A stretch of 63,961 nt of DNA, filler included. It is 4 parts of 4 records of this genome, joined end to end, with 100 filler letters (N's around TTAATTAATTAA, not from the genome) between each part and the next. Parts side by side here need not be neighbours in the genome. Positions count along the whole stretch, not along the records: positions 29,828 to 44,997 come from SRR2962707_1117; 3 more parts are not named here. The stretch is one strand, 5' to 3'. A program made the translations under genes and the position numbers. Under the pieces are notes generated by a model. It did not search any database. It had not been told where the DNA came from and saw nothing but the letters and a program-made list of their open reading frames with translations. Positions 30,054 to 42,000 of the stretch are shown in pieces (the stretch's first letter is position 1; the number at the start of each line of letters is the position of its first letter).

Positions 30054-33000
30054 TTATCTTTTTTGTTGTCCGCGCTTTTGTTGGGCGTCAGCATCTTTCA
30101 ACGCTTCGCCGCCATAAAACCAGTCATCCAGGGCCTCTTCTTCGCCCTCGATCACCGCGCCAGTGCTACTGGCTTTCCTGCGCCTGGTGCGACCAGACCC
30201 AACTTTACCTTCTGTGTTTACAGAATCGCCTCTCGTGGAGATATTTTGCAACCTGTCAGTGAAAGTCGACGCTTGCTCCTCCCCCCGCCATTTGGATGTA
30301 CCGGTCTGCGCACCTGCTGGCTCGAGCATTGATGTTTCTTCGGCCTTCAGTGCAGTTGCTGGGGTTCGCCTGCGACTGCGGCGGGCGGATCCACTCTTGG
30401 CCTCGACTTGCGAATCATCTGCTTCACCACCACCACTTGTGTCCTGGTCCTGGTGTGTGGCCGTATGATTTTTGCGCCTGCGGCGCCTTGTTGACCGCGC
30501 GCTTTTTCGCGAAACGCCGACGGAGCTGTCCACAACTGTTGTAGCTGCCGCAGAGCGGCGCGAGCGCAGCCGACGCGCACCTGGTCCCGCACGCACGATT
30601 GAAGCGCGCGAGGCTGCTGGCTCATGATCGACGCTATCTGTTCCGACTCCAAGCTCTCCAGCCTCGGCAGTAGCAATAGCTTGCGATTTCTTGGAACGGG
30701 CACGCCGTCGGCGCCGCACCGCAGCTGGACCTGGACTGCCATCGTCAGCATCGTCTGCAACGTCCAGGACTGCCCCTCCCCCAACTGCCCTCACCGGCTT
30801 GATTTTGCTCAACGACTCGACACCCCCAAGCCTGGAGCTTGAGCGACTCAAGCTCAGCATCACCGGTGGGCCAACAACACCCACATCCGCAGGCCGGGGT
30901 CCGTCAGGCGGAGTGGCGGCGCCAATTTTCTTCAGGCGTGCTTTGGCAAGCTCGCGCTGGAACTTCAACGCGTCCGACACAACAACATCGCTCATTTGAA
31001 GGGCTTTGTGATTTAGCGCAGCTGGCCGCTCCCATTGACTTCGCCCAAGTGGGCCAGAGTAATAGTAAGGGAAACCGTTGGCGTCGGTGCACTGCACCCA
31101 CTCCCTTGCTGCTTGATGTGAAGCTGCAATCGTTTTCATGTCGAGCTCCTCCTCCTTCTCGGACGTGTTGTCTTTCGTTTTGCGGGAGAAGGAATGCAAG
31201 AACTCGGGCACGTCACCAGTCGCTTGTCGAGGTGTGGTTGAAAGACGAGGTGTAGTTTCACGGCTTGGACTGTCTTTTGTTTCCCTGGTCGCGGGTGACG
31301 GCGAATCTGCTGCGGCAAGTTGCGGCGACTCTGAACCTTGAGCATGCCGTGGCGAAGGCATTAGCTCTACTCCACTGCGCGAATCCTTTGGAACGACAGC
31401 TGCAGACGAAACCATGCCAGGCGGCATTGGGTATCCTCCAACGGGCATCATATGGACTTTGCGGTTCAGGTGTTCATGCTTTTTCTGCATCACAACGACA
31501 ACAATGATGATCACTATGATCAACAAGACGACGCACGCAATAACAACCCAAAGCCATGTGAGGTCCACAATCTCAGGTGGCTCGGTAACAGCAAGCTGAT
31601 AAGCAACGACTGGAACGCCGGCTGACGGCACGCAGTCCGGATTCAAGCTGGACTCCGACGTACGAGCGGCAACTTCGGACACAGCCTGCTGTTCGTTCAA
31701 GGTTGCGTTATAAGGAACCTGAACCTTGTAGACGTAAGTGAGAAATTTTTCATTATCTGCATCAAGCGAAGCAGACAAGTCGAAAGAAATGTCGTAAAAC
31801 TGCAAAGCAACTGTTTGGTCGCGCGGAGCGCCTGCACGTGTAAATCCAAGCACCTCCGTGTACGCTTGTTCCAAGCAATACGCCAGAAATGCGACAAGGT
31901 CGTCATTATACTGAGTAGTCGTGGGTGAGGTTGTCGGCACCAAATCAAAGCTTGTGCTGGTTGCGCTTTCAACACAAGGATAAGTCCCATCGCATGGCCG
32001 AGCCCACGCTACTTCCGCAACAGATGACGTACACTCATCATCGAAAATATACGAATACAAGATAATTTCGTCCAAGCCGTCGACAGAACATACAAAGTCA
32101 TTTCCGATCAGGTTTGGCTCCATCGCAGTGCGGTCCACAAGGTTGGTGCGCCATGGGCATGGATCGATGTCCCCGCATTGTCCATCATTGTCAAAGTCAT
32201 TGTACCAGTCTTGCGGACACGGGTCATCGTCGGCGCACATATTATCGAAATCAGCGTCATTTTCCGCATCGTATGGACAAGAGTCGATGTCCGCACAAAT
32301 TCCATCGCTGTCAGCATCGTTTTCTGCGTCAAGGGGGCATTCGTCGGAGCACTCGTCGTGGCACGCGCAACCACAGACGTTGCACAGGCCATGCTGCAAA
32401 CATCGTCCGTTGTTGTGTTCACCGATTCCATACGTATTGCAGCTACCAAACCCAATGTCAATGGAGAGGTCGTCGCGGCAAAGTGAACCGTCACCATTTT
32501 CACAAAGCCCATCACTGTCTTCGTCATTCTGGTTGTCGTACCAACAGGCGTCCGAGGACTCGCACAGTCCGTCTTCATCAACGTCATTGAGCACGTCTTG
32601 TGGGCAGGAGTCGTCCGCTAAGCAGATAAGATCGCTATCAACATCGCGCCCTGTTGGATCGTTGAGGCAGTTGTCGAAAGCAACATTCACGTAAATAACA
32701 AGATCCCATGTTGCTGCAGCCAACATTCGCTCGCGGCGGCCAGTGTCAGATTGCGACATGTGCACCAAGCGCGCATCAAGAGAAAGTAGGTTCCGATGCA
32801 GTTGCAATCGCAACGCAAGAACGTCTCCAAGTTGACTGTTTAGCCCAGAGCTTATGTCCACTGCGTCTCCGACAATGTTCATCCGAATTTCAGCAGATAC
32901 AGTTCCGTCGTTGGTCGAAAACGTTGAGTCCCTTGCCGCATATTGTGTCGCAAGAGAAAAGTTTGACATAAGAATATCGGCCATTTCACCACTCAGGCAC

Positions 33001-36000
33001 ATGATCTCCAAAGTCCGCACAAGTGCCACGTCGGCAGAATCATACGTGTCTTGGCATGCTCCATCGCCATCAGCGTCATTGTCTCGATCGAATGGGCAGG
33101 TATCCTCACTGGAACACAAATTATCACCGTCAATATCGTTTGCAGGATCTGCTGGGCAAGTGTCATCATCTTCACACAACAAATCGCTGTCTTCGTCGTT
33201 AAGTGCATCAGTTGCACAACTGTCAATGGACTCGCACAATGAGTCGCTGTCTGCATCGTTGGCAACATCAAGCGGGCAACGGTCCACATTACCACATAGG
33301 TTGTCGTCATCGAGATCATTTTCCTGGTCGAGAGCACATGAATCAACGTTGCCACAAATTCCATCACTATCAGCATCATTATCAGGATCATGGGGGCACT
33401 CGTCACGGAATCCGCACTCTGAAGCGCAAGAACAGCCACAGTGCCCGCCATCATCGCATGCACCATCGGCACGACAGTTGCCCTTGTTGGCTCGGGTATA
33501 AGTGAAACAACGACCAAATCCAGCATCCCAATCCGTCTCGTCCATGCACGTTCCTGGATGGCAAATATGGTCGCTATCGGCGTCATTTTCCGCGTCGAAG
33601 GGACAACTGTCCACATCCCCGCAAATGGCGTCCTGGTCCCAGTCATTTCTGTTGTCGAAGGGACAAGCATCGATGCTTGCACATACTCTATCGCTGTCGA
33701 TATCGTTTGCGACGTCTTCTGGGCAAGAGTCAACGTGCTCACAAAGGCCGTCGTTGTCGCTGTCGTTTTGATCGTCAAACGGACACGAGTCCACGTTTCC
33801 ACAGATTCCATCGCTATCAAAGTCATTGGCGGCATCCTGCGGGCAAGCATCACTGGTTCCGCAAATTCCATCGCTATCAACGTCGTCGTCTGAATCTTCG
33901 GGGCAAGGATCGAAAATGTCGCACACCATGTCACCGTCACTATCGTTGCCAGTGTCATAGGGACAGGAATCTACATCAGCACATACCAAGTCTGAATCAA
34001 CGTCGTTGGCAGGGTCTTGTGCGCAGCTGTCAACGTCTCCACACAAAGCGTCACTGTCAGCATCATTGTTGGGATCGTGTGGACACAGTTCAACGTCTCC
34101 ACACACATCGTCACTATCAATATCGTTTTCGGTATCTTGTGGGCACAAATCTTGAAATCCACACTCGGTCGCACACGAACACGGACAAACGTTGCATACC
34201 CCATCACGAACGCAACTTCCTGCATTGTACGAGATTGCCCGGTATGTGTGGCAAGAGCCCAGGCCGTTGTCAAAGTAGGTGTCCTCACGGCACACGTTCA
34301 TGTCCATTGCACATATTGCGTCACTATCTGCATCGTTCAGAATATCGTAGGGGCAACTGTCAGCATCGCTACAAATACCATCGCTGTCAGCGTCATTCTC
34401 CGCATCGTGCGGACAGGAATCTTCATCAGCGCACTGCCCGTCGCTGTCAACGTCATTTTCGGCGTCGTGAGAGCACACGTCGATCAGCCCACACTCAACC
34501 GCGCAGGTACAAGCGCAACGACTGCAAGCGCCATCCTCAACACAATGACCAAAATTATGGCGATTGTGGGCGTACGCCATGCATGTCCCTCCGTCGACTG
34601 GACTTCTGAACGCTGGGTCGTCTTCACAGTAATGCAACTCACAAATATTGTCACTATCAGCGTCATTTTCGTTATCGTATTTACAAGAGTCGTCAGTTTC
34701 ACAAATGCCATCACTATCAGCGTCATTCTCCGTGTCAAAGGGGCACGTATCTGTTGGGGCACACACAAGGTCGCTGTCTTTGTCGTTGAAGGTGTCGTAT
34801 GGACAAGAGTCGACTTCTGCACAAACACCGTCAGAATCAATGTCATTTTCGGTGTCAGTCGGGCACTGGTCATTCGCACGCACTCCGTTCGTGCAGAGAC
34901 CATCGCTGTCCATATCAATGCAACAAGTGTACTGGAACGACGTCAGTGCCTCAAACGTAAATCCCGCTTCACCGAAGTCACCGAAGGAAGACCCATACCA
35001 TGGAAATCGTCGTTGAACACTTGTGTCACCATTCGAGTCAAATGTGTACATTAACGCAACGAACTCGATTTCTTCTGGGAAGGGCATCTCCAATTGAACC
35101 GTAAACGTTCCGTTTCCAGCGGCTGCCATCACCACGACAATTCCATCCGTTGATGACTCCACCTTATTGGCAGTTGACGCGCTCTCAAGAAGGTATTGCT
35201 TGTTCAAAACTGTCGCAACCTCCAGCAGTATTTTTGTTTTTCCATCTGCGGCAACGGGAGTGCCATCTGCGTAAACAAAGCTAATGCTCAGGGAAAGTTC
35301 ACAACTGCCATCTTGTGGCTGCGAGATACTGAATCCATTGGAACTTTGAAAACGATATTTGTTTCCGAGCGCATACAACAAAAAGCTGGCATCAACGGCG
35401 TCAACGACACCATTCTTGTCCACATCCATGCTTGTAATTTGCTCTTGTTCGTGTGTGTATGCCAAGCTCCCTCCAGCAAGGTAGGTTTTTACCCAACTGA
35501 GATCTGTGACGGACACGCTGCAGTCCCAATTAACGTCACCGGTCATGTTACACGACTGATCATCCTCCAGCATTCTTCGATGATGTATTGGAACTTGAGG
35601 ACGCCGGCGGTTCGCAATTGCGGCAACGAGTTGTCGTCTGTCTGTGAAGTCAGTGCTCAGCACGCCACTTCCACTGACAATACGTCGACTTTTTTCACCG
35701 AGCACATTGTTGTTCAATGTCAGGGTTTCAATAACTGTTCCAGTGATTTCAGTTGCCCCCGATCCCTTGCACATAAAAGTTATGATTGCAAGCTCCGCGG
35801 ATGCTCCGGTTACTGAGCCTCCTGCCCCAATGATTTGCACAGCGGTGACAGGATCATTCAAGGTTGCGTCAAATGTTGCTGGCCAATCTTTGCCCGCTGC
35901 CGCAGCAGCGGCGGAAATCACCGCATGGTCAAACTCGAGCAAGATTTGGAAAGCCGTTAATGGTTGACCACCTGTATTTATTCGGACCGGTAAGTCAAAC

Positions 36001-39000
36001 GTTCCAGTTGCAGCGCATTCAAAGAAGAAGGGGGACCCAGCCAGGTTTCCTACATCGACATCAAAAGTGTCAGGGTTAAGATTCGTGGCCAACCGCTTGG
36101 ATGTTCCCACACTGTTGTCGCCCAGCGAAGCAATGTGAATTTGGACAGTGTCGTCGCCGGGCGTGTTGCCTGTCAATTCAACTACTCCAACAGAAGACAT
36201 ACTGACATAGTCAGTGTTTGACGAAGCGAATGAAAGGTACGTCGAAAGTTCAACCCAATCACCATCACCACCGGCAATCGTTTGAACAGCCGAAAACTGT
36301 GTATCATCGTCAAATGTCAACGCCAAAGTAAGGGCGTGTTCCGACCCAAGAAGTCCAACGATGTAGCTGGTAGCCGGAGATACTATTTGGATGTCCACAA
36401 CAGTCACTGGGGAGTCTAGAGATGTGAGAGCACAGCTAGTTGTTTGGTTTGCCCACACCGCGGTTAAAGTGCAGTTTCCTGAGCCAATGCCCTGGATTTG
36501 TTTTGTCTGAAGTTCGCCTTGCGATACTGTGCACGGGCCGCTCGACCCGCAGGCATCAACTATGGTGGCGACCTCAACGTCGGATATGGTGACGTCAACT
36601 GCTCTCCCAACCCCAACTTCGTATGTGTGCTTCATCACACTCTTTGCAAACAAGTTGGCCGACAGCCGCTGGAATGAGTTGCTCGCAAACTGCAGCGGCG
36701 CCATGGTCACCTTGTCCAGGCATTGCTGTGAGTTACATGCCGGAAAGGCAGAAGTTGACAAGTGCAAGGACTCAAACTTGTCAATTTGCAGATACGCAAA
36801 GCCTGTCACATTAGGTGCAAAAGCGCCAAGATTTACGGTGATGGTGACATTTGCGGCCTTTACGCTCTGACTGCGCACGGCAATGACATTTGCTGCAGTA
36901 AAAATGACGGATTCTTCGCTTAAAGTAGAAATAGCAGTGCGACTGTCTTGCGAAAAATCAATTTCTTGGCCATCTTCGAAAATTGCCGTGACCGTGACCG
37001 TTGCTTGTGTGGCCTGCAACACTGGTACAGCAGCGAGTGGGTCGGCGGCATGGACGATATTTCCATTGTCGATAGACACCCCAATTGCTACAATTGGCGG
37101 CATCTCGACATTTACGTATGGCCACGCTTCTACTTGAGCAACATCACACTTGGCAAGCGCGACGTGAACGAAATCCGAACCAGCCTGTTCAACCGCACCG
37201 ATCGGGATTTCGAGTTCGGCATTTGTCGCATTGACAACCACAAGACTTGTACTTGCCAGAACCGAAACGTTAAGGCTATGCTTGACTGGCGCAGATTCCT
37301 CATCTGAAAAGTGAGCAAATGCAAATACGTGAGCTCGGTCCCCCTCAGAATTTAAAGCCTGCACCGCAGACACTGTCACGTTTGCGTCACCATAGTTCGA
37401 GAATTGGTCCTCTGAGAACTGCATGCCACGGGTAAGTTCAAGCCCAGACAACACGTAGGCCTCCAAACTCGAAAGACGCACTTTCACATCTGACACAACA
37501 AAGCGAGCAGGAGTAACGTTGCATGCTACACCATTGCAAGAAATGGTCACCTCACCATCTCCAGGCGTCAAACCATACAACAAATCATTTTCAACGTGTG
37601 CCAAGTCACTGTCGCGGCCTTGAGGGTCGACCACCTTGAAGGACACGAAGCGAGTTACGTCTATATGCGAGACTGTGACAGGCCCCAATACAGACGCACT
37701 TGCAACCACAGGCGACCACTGGTACCAGGCGGTTTCGTTGCTGGCACTGCAGTTTTGACTCACAAAGTCAATGGCGTTTAATGTATTGTCTCGCACAGAA
37801 ACTTGCACACTTACGGGAAGCCACACTCGGAACAAGACAAGGGACTGCGTAAACGAGCCATACGTCACCGTCACGGAAGCATCTCCGCCGGCCGTCATTG
37901 ACGAATTGAGAAATGTTGCGCAATTTGCATTAATACCAATAAGCGATGCATCGTCTGAAGCACAGCTAACGGCGGACGTAACGTCCAATTTGCTGTTTCC
38001 TTCAGCGCAAGCTGTCACAGAGACACCATTTGTGTGGCACGAGCGAACAGCCAAAGCAGTCACCTGAGCGCTTCCTGGTTCTGTGCCGAACTGGGCCGTA
38101 TTGACAAATTCCTGCTCGTTGTTGTCAGCATCAACGTAAACCTGAATACCAACGTAAGAAGTTGCCTCGATGTTCATTACACCAGAAGTTCCAATGCCAA
38201 CTATAGATGACACGTATCCCGTTGTGTCGTCGAGAATTTTTCGACTTGAGGTGGAAACCAGCGTCAATGAGGATATAGATGTGATTGCTGCCACCTCGTC
38301 GCCAAGCGACGCGGAAGCTGATGTCTTCAGGCGAAATGCACCAACGAAAAGATGAGTTGAGGTAAGATCATCAGATTCCACACCACTCTTGAACGAAGCC
38401 GAGACCCGAAGGCCGGACGACAAAGTTGTAATCGTCAAGTCAAAAATATCCGAGGTAAAAGAATCAGCGACGAGTTCGAACTGATCAGACCAATCAATCT
38501 GTGCCACCCAAACGCCAAGCGCAAATGTACTCGAACCTGTGCCTGTGTGAACGAACAGATCCACAAGGAAAGACCCGCCTGGCACAGAGCTAAACCAGGG
38601 CAATGTTGCCAACAACCCAACGTCCGAAAGAGCGTTCGTGAAGGTTGGAACTGGCGCCAGCGATAGAACGTGTTCGTCCGAGTGCTGTTCGCCGGCAAGT
38701 AGGGCGTACACTGTTGCAACTTGTGCGTCAGCCGAAAACCACGAGATCGGAACTGTGCCCTTGCAGTTCACACCACTCGCGGACTGTAGCGTTCCACACG
38801 AGATAAGTTGAGAGTTGGTGCCCAACTCGACAATCAACTGCACCGGTGAACCGGCCTTGCTTGCAAACCCAGGACCAGATGTCCAAACCGTTGCAACAAT
38901 GCCGTTGCTGTCAACGTGGGCAGTCAATGTGCGCAACACCATGTTCACGCTTGTGTCCACTGTGTCAGGAACGTGTACAGTTGCTGTCGATATCGCAAAT

Positions 39001-42000
39001 GCGCCTTGAAGGCTCGCTGTGAGTGAGTAGGGCGCTCGCTGGTGGAATGAGCGTACAAGCTGAGTACTCGTTATGTTTCGCGTTTTCTCAAAGTATGCAC
39101 CTCCGCCGGTGGAAACGACTGCGCCGTGCACTTTGAAAGCATTCGTTGTCATGGCTGCAAGCTCCACCTCGATTGGTGAGTTGAAGCCATCATTGCCGCA
39201 GTATCCGTCGCCATCTTCATCGTTTTGATTGTCGTACGGACAAGAGTCAGCGTCGCCACATACGGCGTCAGAATCAATGTCGTTCTCAGGGTCGTTGGCA
39301 CAATGGTCAACACGCCCGCATACATCCGCACACGCACAGCATGCATCACAAGCGCCTTCGTCCGCCACGCAAAATTCAAAATTAGCCCGCGCATACGAAA
39401 GACAGTCACCAAAGCCAGAATCGAAAGTGGGGTCGTCGATGCAGAATAGTGGGTCACAGATACCATCGTCATCGGCATCATTGTTTGAATCAGTGCTGCA
39501 CGAATCAACATCGCCGCAAACATCATCAGAATCTCGGTCGTTATCGTTGTCGTATGGGCAGCTGTCTTCATCGCCGCAAATTCCATCACTGTCTGCGTCG
39601 TGCTCACTGTCATAAGGGCAGGCATCGTTAAGAATGCACTCCACCTCACAGCTGCATCCACAGACAGCGCACACTTGGTCACGTTCACAGAAACCATAAT
39701 TCGCACGCCCAGGCAAATAAGAGTCACATGGGCCGTGGCCTACGATGTCTGAGGCATTGCTATCATGGCACCGCCCGGCAACACATATGGAGTCACTGTC
39801 AAAATCGTTTTCAGTGTCGTATGGGCAGGAATCCACATTGCTGCAAATGTTGTCGCTGTCAGGGTCGTTCTCGGCATCGTAAGGGCACTTATCGGATAGC
39901 GTGCACGACAACACGACGCGTCCAGGAGACGCAGTCGTCATATTGGAAGCTTGGGGGCTCGTCGTCCAATGGCATTCCTGCCGACACAATCCATCGTTGT
40001 CGGCGTCATTCTCCGCATCGAAGGGGCATCTGTCATTGTTTCCGCAAATGTCGTCGCTATCCGCGTCGTTCATTGAGTCTCTTTCACAAGAGTCCAGGTC
40101 TGAGCAAATATTGTCCGAATCTTGGTCCTGAAAAAAGTCATGGCGGCAAGAGTCGATGCTGCCACAAATGCCGTCTAAATCCGCATCATTTTCAGCATCG
40201 TTTGGACATCGATCTCGCTCCCCGCAAATGGCATCGCTATCAATGTCATTTTCGCCATCTTCCGAGCAAGAGTCGACATTTCCGCACACGTCATCGCTGT
40301 CAAAATCATTTGCTGAGTCATAGGGGCAGCTATCTACATTGCCGCAGATATCGTCAGAGTCAGCATCGTGCTCTGCGTCAAGCGCACATTCGTCATCCTG
40401 TGCGCACAGTCCGTCGCCATCTGCGTCATTGTCTGGATCAAACGGGCAACTGTCAACGTCAAAGCAAAGACTGTCAGAATCTCCATCGTTCGCAGCGTCG
40501 CTAGCACAGCTATCGACGTCCCCGCAAACGTAGTCATTGTCGAAGTCGTTCAACGCATCGTATCTGCAGTCGTCTTCGTTGCCGCACGTTGAGTCGCTGT
40601 CGGCGTCGTTCTCAGCGTCGAAAGGGCAGGGATCATCAAGCCCACACTCATCGCTGCATGTGCACGCGCAAAGATTGCAAACGCCATCGAGTTTGCACTT
40701 GCCGTAGTTGGCGCGGCCCATGCCATATGTGAAACATGAGCCAAAACCTCCAACATCAGGCGCTTTGCTGTCTCGGCAGAAGCCTTGTACACACATCAGA
40801 TCACTGTCAATATCATTCATCCTGTCGTACGGACAGCTGTCTTGGTTCGAACACAGAGCATCGTTGTCTCCGTCGTTTTCAGCGTCGTACGGACAAGAAT
40901 CCACTTCTCCACACAGCTCATCACTATCAGCGTCGTGCTCAGCATCGCGGGGACAGGCATCGTCCGGAGAACACACCGCGTCTCCATCTGCATCGTTTTC
41001 GGCATCGTAAGGGCAGCTGTCGTCTTCACGGCACAAATTATCGGAATCACCGTCGTTGTAACGGTCAAACGGGCAGCTGTCATCCTGAGCGCACATCAAG
41101 TCGTCGTCAATATCGTTATTTCCATCAAAGGGGCACGAGTCGAAATCAGCACATACCCCATCACTGTCGGCATCATTGTAAACGTCGTGGGGACATGGGT
41201 CGCTGAGTCGGCATTCGGTACTGCAACTACAGCTGCAAACCTCGCAGACGCCGTCTGCGACGCATTTTCCGTTATTGGCGCGGCCACGAACGTATGTTCC
41301 GCACGGGCCGGCACCGGCAACATCGAGGGCTTTGCTGTCCTGGCACATACCCTGCACACAAATATTGTCACCATCGCTGTCGTTTTCGGCATCGTATGGA
41401 CAACTGTCGAAGCTATCACACAGCATGTCGTCATCGCTATCGTTATTGCCATCGACCGGGCACGAGTCCGCGTCCGAGCAGATCGTGTCGCTATCTCCAT
41501 CGTTTTCAGCATCGTACGGGCATGAGTCAACGGTTGAACACAGACCGTCGCTGTCGATGTCGTTCTCTGCATCGTGAGGGCAAGGATCGATCTCTGAGCA
41601 CTGCAACTCGCACGCGCACCCGCATATTTCACATACGTTGTCTCGAACACATTGTCCAAAATTTACTTGCCCAACGTGATAAGAGATGCAATTGAACTCC
41701 AAGAATTTGAAGCTAACATCATCTTCGCACTGCGTGGCTGCGCACAGATTGTCGGAATCCCAGTCATTTTCAGGATCAAAGGCGCAAGAGTCCACGTCAC
41801 CGCAGATCCCGTCTTGGTCTGTATCATTTTCATGGTCGTTGGGGCACGCGTCAAATGGTAAACACACGTTGTCGCCATCATCATCGTTGTTGGCGTCGTT
41901 GGGGCACGAGTCAAACATGGCGCAAACCCCGTCGGAGTCCGTATCCTCATTGTCACCATCCGCACACTCGTCTTTGTATGTGCACAGCTCATCAGAATCG

